A DNA stretch of 64,000 nt from Saprospira grandis str. Lewin (GTDB taxonomy: Bacteria > Bacteroidota > Bacteroidia > Chitinophagales > Saprospiraceae): NCBI RefSeq assembly GCF_000250635.1, contig NC_016940.1, positions 1,416,995 through 1,480,994 on the forward strand. Reading direction: 5' to 3'. A model generated the notes under the pieces. It did no database searches. It was given only the letters and a program-made list of their open reading frames with translations, and was not told the DNA's origin. A program made the translations under genes and the position numbers. This document shows positions 59,168 to 64,000 of the stretch, in pieces (the stretch's first letter is position 1; every line of letters starts with the position of its first letter).

Positions 59168-59907
59168 GTATTGCGGGTTTTGATCCCTCTGCGGGGGCGG
59201 GCCTTTTGGCCGATATCAAAACCTTTGAACAGCTGGGCGTCTATGGCCTCTCGGTTTGTAGCGCCCAAACCATACAACGACCCGGCCGCTTTGCCGATTT
59301 GCGCTGGACCGAAGCCGATTGGGTGGAGCGACAACTGGCCTTTTTGCTGCAAAGCTATACGCCCAAGGCCGTGAAGATCGGCATTATTGGAGATTTGGCC
59401 CTTTTGGGTCGCCTTTTGGACCAACTAGCGGCCTTGGCCGCTCCGCCTCTAGTGGTTTGGGACCCCGTGCTTAGCGCCTCTGCGGGTTTTGACTTTCAGC
59501 AGGCCGATGCTTTTGAGGACCTCAAAGCACTGATTGAGCGAGTAGATGTTTTTATGCCCAATCGCCAAGAGCTAGAGCGCCTTTGGCCCAAACAATCGCC
59601 CTTGGCCGTGGCCCAAAGCATTAGCCAGCAAACGGCTTTATTGCTCAAAGGGGGACATGATCCCCAAGCGAAGGGCTTGGACCAACTCTTTTTGGCGGGC
59701 GAGCTAGCCGCTCAATGGCCCCCAAAAATGATTGCGCCCTATGATAAGCATGGAACAGGTTGCGTGCTTTCCTCTGCCCTCACTGCCTTTTTGGCCCTAG
59801 GGCTCCCCTTAACCACCGCCTTTGGAAAAGCCAAAGACTACAACCTTCAATTTATGAACAGCCAGCCCTCTCTGCTCGGTTGGCACAGGAGCTATCAAGA
59901 TGAGTAA
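59146..59907 (+). CDS. thiD: hydroxymethylpyrimidine/phosphomethylpyrimidine kinase ThiD
   Basis: IAGFDPSAGAGLLADIKTF and HGTGCVLSSAL motifs. Confidence 0.85.
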   Translation: MSGPFVLSIAGFDPSAGAGLLADIKTFEQLGVYGLSVCSAQTIQRPGRFADLRWTEADWVERQLAFLLQSYTPKAVKIGIIGDLALLGRLLDQLAALAAPPLVVWDPVLSASAGFDFQQADAFEDLKALIERVDVFMPNRQELERLWPKQSPLAVAQSISQQTALLLKGGHDPQAKGLDQLFLAGELAAQWPPKMIAPYDKHGTGCVLSSALTAFLALGLPLTTAFGKAKDYNLQFMNSQPSLLGWHRSYQDE

Positions 59908-60556
59908 AAAAGAAATTGCCGCCTTACAATATGTGAGTAGCGGGCAGCGAATACAAGAACATCTGGACCAAATTGCAGATTTTCTGGCGGCAGGTGGCCG
60001 CTGGGTTCAACTTCGCCTCAAAGAAGTGAGTACCGCCGATTATTTGGCCGCTGGAAAAACTGCCCGTGCCCTCTGCGATCAGTATCAGGCCCAACTCATT
60101 ATTAACGACCAGATTGAGGTGGCCCAAGCTGTAGCCGCCGATGGCCTGCACCTAGGCCGTAGCGATATGCCCTTGGAGGAAGCTCGGGCCATTTTGGGCC
60201 CAGATTTTATTTTGGGCGGCACCGCCAATAGCTGGGAAGATATTCGGGAAGTTTATTTGGCTGGAGCCGATTATATTGGGCTGGGCCCCTTCCGATTTAC
60301 CCCCACCAAAAAGAAATTAAGTCCTATTTTGGGCATGAAAGGCTATCGAGAACGGCTGCAACAACTAGAGCGTAAAGGCTGGGAGATTCCCGTAGTTGGC
60401 ATTGGCGGCATTAAGCTGGCCGATATAGAAGGCTTATTGCGGACTGGCCTGCATGGGGTGGCCCTTTCTGGCCTCATCAACCAAACGACAGACAAAAAGA
60501 CCCTAGTCAAAGAAATTTATCAACTTTTGGAAATGGCCCCTAGTGGGTATAAATGA
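59900..60556 (+). CDS. thiE: thiamine-phosphate synthase ThiE
   Basis: VQLRLKE, LHLGRSD, GGTANS and [14 protein letters not shown] motifs. Confidence 0.85.
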   Translation: MSKKEIAALQYVSSGQRIQEHLDQIADFLAAGGRWVQLRLKEVSTADYLAAGKTARALCDQYQAQLIINDQIEVAQAVAADGLHLGRSDMPLEEARAILGPDFILGGTANSWEDIREVYLAGADYIGLGPFRFTPTKKKLSPILGMKGYRERLQQLERKGWEIPVVGIGGIKLADIEGLLRTGLHGVALSGLINQTTDKKTLVKEIYQLLEMAPSGYK

Positions 60557-61335
60557 AGATAGGCATGGATACATTAAAAATTGCCGATAAGGAATTTAAC
60601 TCAAGATTATTTACGGGCACAGGCAAGTTTGCCTCTTCTGCCCTGATGCGGGAGGCCCTTTTGGCTTCTGGTTCGGAGCTGGTCACGGTGGCCCTCAAGC
60701 GGATGAATGTGGAGAAGTCGGAGGACCCTATTGTGGACCAACTTGATGCGCCACACATTCACCTTTTGCCCAATACCTCTGGGGCTCGCACGGCTGAGGA
60801 GGCCATTTTTGCGGCCCAATTGGCTAGAGAGGCCTTGGGGACCAACTGGTTGAAACTCGAAATTCACCCAGATCCCAAATACTTGATGCCCGATCCCATC
60901 GAGACCCTCAAAGCGGCCGAAAAGCTCGTCAAATTGGGCTTTGTGGTCCTGCCCTACATCCATGCTGATCCCGTGCTTTGCAAGCGCTTGGAAGAGGTGG
61001 GCGTGGCTGCCGTCATGCCTTTGGGCTCGCCCATTGGGAGCAATAAAGGCCTAAGAACCCTTGATTTTCTAGAGATTATCATTGAGCAAAGTCAGTTGCC
61101 CGTGGTGGTAGATGCGGGTATCGGTAGCCCTTCTGATGCCGCCAAAGCCCTAGAAATGGGGGCCGATGCGGTTTTGGTCAATACGGCCATTGCCGCTGCT
61201 CAAGACCCGGTAGAAATGGCCAAAGCCTTTAAATTGGGCGTTATGGCGGGGCGCATGGCCTTTGAGGCCCGCCTAGCCGAGCAGCGCATGGGGGCCGAGG
61301 CCAGCAGTCCCCTGACCTCCTTCCTTGGCGATTAA
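60553..61335 (+). CDS. thiG: thiazole synthase ThiG
   Basis: 260 aa. [15 protein letters not shown] and [13 protein letters not shown] motifs. Confidence 0.9.
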   Translation: MKIGMDTLKIADKEFNSRLFTGTGKFASSALMREALLASGSELVTVALKRMNVEKSEDPIVDQLDAPHIHLLPNTSGARTAEEAIFAAQLAREALGTNWLKLEIHPDPKYLMPDPIETLKAAEKLVKLGFVVLPYIHADPVLCKRLEEVGVAAVMPLGSPIGSNKGLRTLDFLEIIIEQSQLPVVVDAGIGSPSDAAKALEMGADAVLVNTAIAAAQDPVEMAKAFKLGVMAGRMAFEARLAEQRMGAEASSPLTSFLGD

Positions 61336-61409
61336 GCGCCCATCAACAACCTTTAGCAAGCCCTACTATTCTTGGATAGTGGGGCTTTTCTTATTGATTT
61401 TTTGGGGCC

Positions 61410-61560
61410 TGCCGCCTTCGGCGGCCGGGCCCTTGCAGGGCTCGCAGGTCTGCTCGGCCCTTCAGCCCTTCGGGCTTCGGTCTGGCCTGACGGCCACCCT
61501 TTCAGGCCCCTAGGCCGTTTGGCCTTCGGCCATCATAGCTGCAGGTTAAAACCCGCAGCC
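61410..61560 (+). repeat. dispersed GC-rich repeat, forward orientation
   Basis: GGGGCCTGCCGCCTTCGGCGGCCGGGCCCTTGCAGGGCTCGCAGGTCTGCTCGGCCC...GGTCTGGCCTGACGGCCACCC. Confidence 0.75.
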
Positions 61561-61659
61561 AATTTCGGAACAACTAAGCTAGATTTTGGCCCCCCTTTGG
61601 CCTGCAGCTTAAAAGCCGCAGGACCTGAAAAAAGACTGTTTAAAATTTTGTGTCTGCCC

Positions 61660-61845
61660 TTTCCTCTGCCTAGGGACAAGCCCCTAGGCTAGCTTTTTTA
61701 GACAGCCCTCTAAAGAGGGCCTTTGGATAAGGTTCTTCTCTACGATAACAACTGAACAAGGCCTTGTATATCAATAGTTGAGGCCCTTGTCAGGGCTGAC
61801 TCCATTGGATTAGCCTAGGGGCTTGTCCCTAGGCGACGATTGGCC
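61660..61845. repeat. 22-bp perfect inverted repeat pair flanking a roughly 120-bp hairpin-rich segment
   Basis: GCCTAGGGACAAGCCCCTAGGC at about 61662 and its reverse complement GCCTAGGGGCTTGTCCCTAGGC at about 61812. Internal hairpin GCCCTCTAAAGAGGGC. Confidence 0.7.
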
Positions 61846-61904
61846 AAATCCTAAGCAGCTAAAAGCCCAAATTTTATTCTAATACACAAAATTCTGAATA
61901 GTCT

Positions 61905-62087
61905 CCCAAACCGAACTAGTTCACCTCCAGACCGAACTAGTTTACCTCCAGACCGAACTAGTTCATCTCCAGACCGAACTAGTTCATCTCCAGACCGAAC
62001 TAGTTCACCTCCAGACCGAACTAGTTCACCTCCAGACCGAACTAGTTTACCTCCAGACCGAACTAGTTTACCTCCAGACCGAACTTT
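61905..62087 (+). repeat. iteron-like tandem repeat, 22-bp unit x about 8.3
   Basis: CCAGACCGAACTAGTT[CT]A[CT]CTC repeated head-to-tail, followed by an AT-rich tract (about 62088-62160). Confidence 0.85.
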
Positions 62088-62364
62088 TGCCCTGTTTGAT
62101 TTTGTTACATTATTTTCATTTTTAACAATTCCTTAACAATTGGAAACCAAAATCCTGTTTCTGCAGCCTAAAGGCCGCAGCCAATCTTGTTGGGCCATCA
62201 TTTTGTTCGCCGCAGCGGCTTAAAAGCCCCTGCTTCATTGGAGATAGGCGAAAGCATTCAGTTTTCAGGTCTTGCGGCTTTTAAGCTGCAAGCCATGGGA
62301 CCGCTAAAAGCTTGCTAATTGGGACCTAATCTGGCTGCGGGTTTCAACCCGCAGGTCTATATAT

Positions 62365-62590
62365 CCATCCTACAGGCCCGAAGGGCCGCAGGCCTAGCGA
62401 TGTGCAGCAGTGCGGCGCAGCCGCAGACCAAGGCCGTCAGGCCGCAGGGCCGAGCGACCCGACCAACGGGAGCCGACGCAGCGAAGCAAGTAATAGCGAG
62501 CTGCGGAACGACAACAAGGCCTTTAGGCCGCAGTTCGACGACCAAAGGGAGTAACCGCCTGCCGCAGGCAGGAGGCCCCCAAAAACAAAA
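62365..62590 (-). repeat. dispersed GC-rich repeat, subtype C, reverse
   Basis: GGCCTAGCGATGTGCAGCAGTGCGGCGCAGCCGCAGACC...GGGCCGAGCGACCCGACCAACGGGAGCCGACGCAGCGAAGCAAGTAATAGCGAGCTGCGGAACGACAACAAGGCC...CGACGACCAAAGGGAGTAACCG. Confidence 0.75.
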
Positions 62591-62639
62591 AGGCCCAAAA
62601 CCGAAGTTCAGGGCCTTTTAGGAGAAAATTGGTTATGAA

Positions 62640-64000
62640 TTAGTTGATCCCGTGCATCCAGCGTTTCACCACTCCAGAGAGGAGGATGAGGAGGACACCG
62701 CCACCAACGGCAACAAAACCAAGAATCATAAATACGTTGATACAGATCACTAGTGTATCCTCGGCCACTGTTTTAGATACAGCGGCATTGGGGCTAGCGG
62801 CCATCATCTCTTCGATTTGTTCTTTGGGGAACTGCTTAGGCTCTTCTGTTTTGAGACTAGCATCGGTAGAGAGGAAGCTAATTTTTGCCTTTTTAATGAG
62901 GCCCTCTTTATAGAGGCCTTCTTCTTGTTTGGCGGCCTCTTCCATAATGGCTTTATCGGCCACAGTAACGGCATGATACTTCTCGCCATTTTTGTTGAGT
63001 TCTGCGAGGAAGAAATCGCTAAGAACGAACTCCTGTACAGAATGTGTTTCGAGGGCATCGGCAGCAGTAAAGCCGAGCTCCTTCATTTTGGTGGTATCTT
63101 CAGAGCTACCTACATACATTTTGTAGACCTCTTTATTGGCCAGCATGGCGGTTTTGATATCTTCATTTTCCATGCTATTGTTGAAGCGGTCGAGGCGTTC
63201 GGTTTCCACCATCAGCTCCGACATATCTACATTGGTCATTTGGGCAATTTTGGCCCCTGCCAAGTGAGCGAAAGAGGTAGACATCAGCCAGAAGCCCATG
63301 ATAAAGCCCACCACTTTGGCGGGAGAAAGCTTAGTGACTAGCGAGAGGCCCACAGGAGAGAGGGCCAATTCGCCCAAAGTGTGGAGAAGGTACAAAAGGG
63401 CCATAAAGATAGCGGGGATCATCCCTGCGGTAGCCATCCCTTCACCGAGTTTGAGGACCAAGAAACCGGCACCCAAAAGAACAAGGGCAATACCGAACTT
63501 CACGGGAGCGGCGGGTTCCTTTTTAGCCTTAGCCAACTGAATCCACATAAAAGAGAAAACAGGGGCAAACATCATGATATAAAGCGGGTTGAGCGACTGG
63601 AACATGGTAGTAGTCAGAAAGCTCGTTTTGGCCACATTATTATCGGTAAACACAGTAAGGGCACTACCGGCTAGCTCAAAGAAGGTCCAGAAAATAATGG
63701 TAAAGAAGAAGAGCGTAAGGACCACCCAGAGGCGTTCTCTTTGGACCTTATCATAGCTCAAAGAAGTAAAGATCAGGTAGCCGATCATACCGCAGCCCAT
63801 GAGCAAAACAATAAGGTCAAGTAGGCCATGGCTTTGGAGGAGGAACCAAACGAGAGGCACCACTACCAAGCTAATAATATAAATCGCCCAATTGACAGGA
63901 AGGCCTAGCACTTTGGGAGAGCTTGCATTTTCCTCTAGGGTATAAGAGGGTACCTCTTCATCGCCCACTTCATCTTCAGTGGCTTCATGAGGGGCATAGC
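62640..64000 (-). CDS. MFS-type transporter, probably POT/PTR2 peptide-transporter family; 5' end lies beyond the window
   Basis: Multiple TM helices with a roughly 150-aa hydrophilic inserted domain. The minus frame stays open upstream of the track's GTG start at 63968 through to position 64000. Confidence 0.45.
   Translation of the reverse strand, partial: YAPHEATEDEVGDEEVPSYTLEENASSPKVLGLPVNWAIYIISLVVVPLVWFLLQSHGLLDLIVLLMGCGMIGYLIFTSLSYDKVQRERLWVVLTLFFFTIIFWTFFELAGSALTVFTDNNVAKTSFLTTTMFQSLNPLYIMMFAPVFSFMWIQLAKAKKEPAAPVKFGIALVLLGAGFLVLKLGEGMATAGMIPAIFMALLYLLHTLGELALSPVGLSLVTKLSPAKVVGFIMGFWLMSTSFAHLAGAKIAQMTNVDMSELMVETERLDRFNNSMENEDIKTAMLANKEVYKMYVGSSEDTTKMKELGFTAADALETHSVQEFVLSDFFLAELNKNGEKYHAVTVADKAIMEEAAKQEEGLYKEGLIKKAKISFLSTDASLKTEEPKQFPKEQIEEMMAASPNAAVSKTVAEDTLVICINVFMILGFVAVGGGVLLILLSGVVKRWMHGIN

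Overview
This 64-kb window looks like chromosomal DNA from a Bacteroidota-like bacterium. Evidence for that: a GldC-like gliding protein, TAnnTTTG -7 promoter boxes ahead of the tRNAs, and overall gene content. GC is moderate. Dense housekeeping genes include htrA, dapF, a HAL-family ammonia-lyase, a beta-carbonic anhydrase, trigger factor, recJ, a thiolase, a GDPD phosphodiesterase, a Met/Cys PLP enzyme, and a TPP-riboswitch-controlled thi operon (thiS-thiC-tenI/thiE-thiD-thiE-thiG). Two tRNAs are present (Leu-TAG and Met-CAT). The window is unusually rich in non-coding structure. (1) A GC-rich dispersed intergenic repeat family of about 150-500 bp occurs in at least 18 copies, in both orientations and in several subtypes. 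Translating it produces many spurious ORFs in the six-frame track. (2) Three tandem arrays are present: 41 bp x12 with an internal hairpin, about 40 bp x9 with a TTTTTTTTCCAGCAAATGC core, and 22 bp x8 iteron-like units followed by an AT-rich tract. (3) An IS256-family insertion sequence sits between two ArsR paralogues. (4) An AT-rich islet carries a leucine-rich-repeat protein. The best candidate for an undescribed system is a compact cluster at about 11.0-17.7 kb. It encodes a type III polyketide synthase with its own FabF-like ketosynthase, FabZ-like dehydratase and FabI-like (Y-x6-K) enoyl reductase, divergent from a PLP-dependent dehydratase and a bestrophin channel. The whole cluster is bracketed by two inverted copies of a roughly 500-bp composite repeat. 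Also notable are a 1979-aa acidic, coiled-coil-like giant protein built from about 25 degenerate G-[YF]-x-x-[GA]-[YF]-N-x-x-Y motifs, and a secreted glycine-rich protein. All calls come from reading the sequence and translations by eye; no database searches were run.
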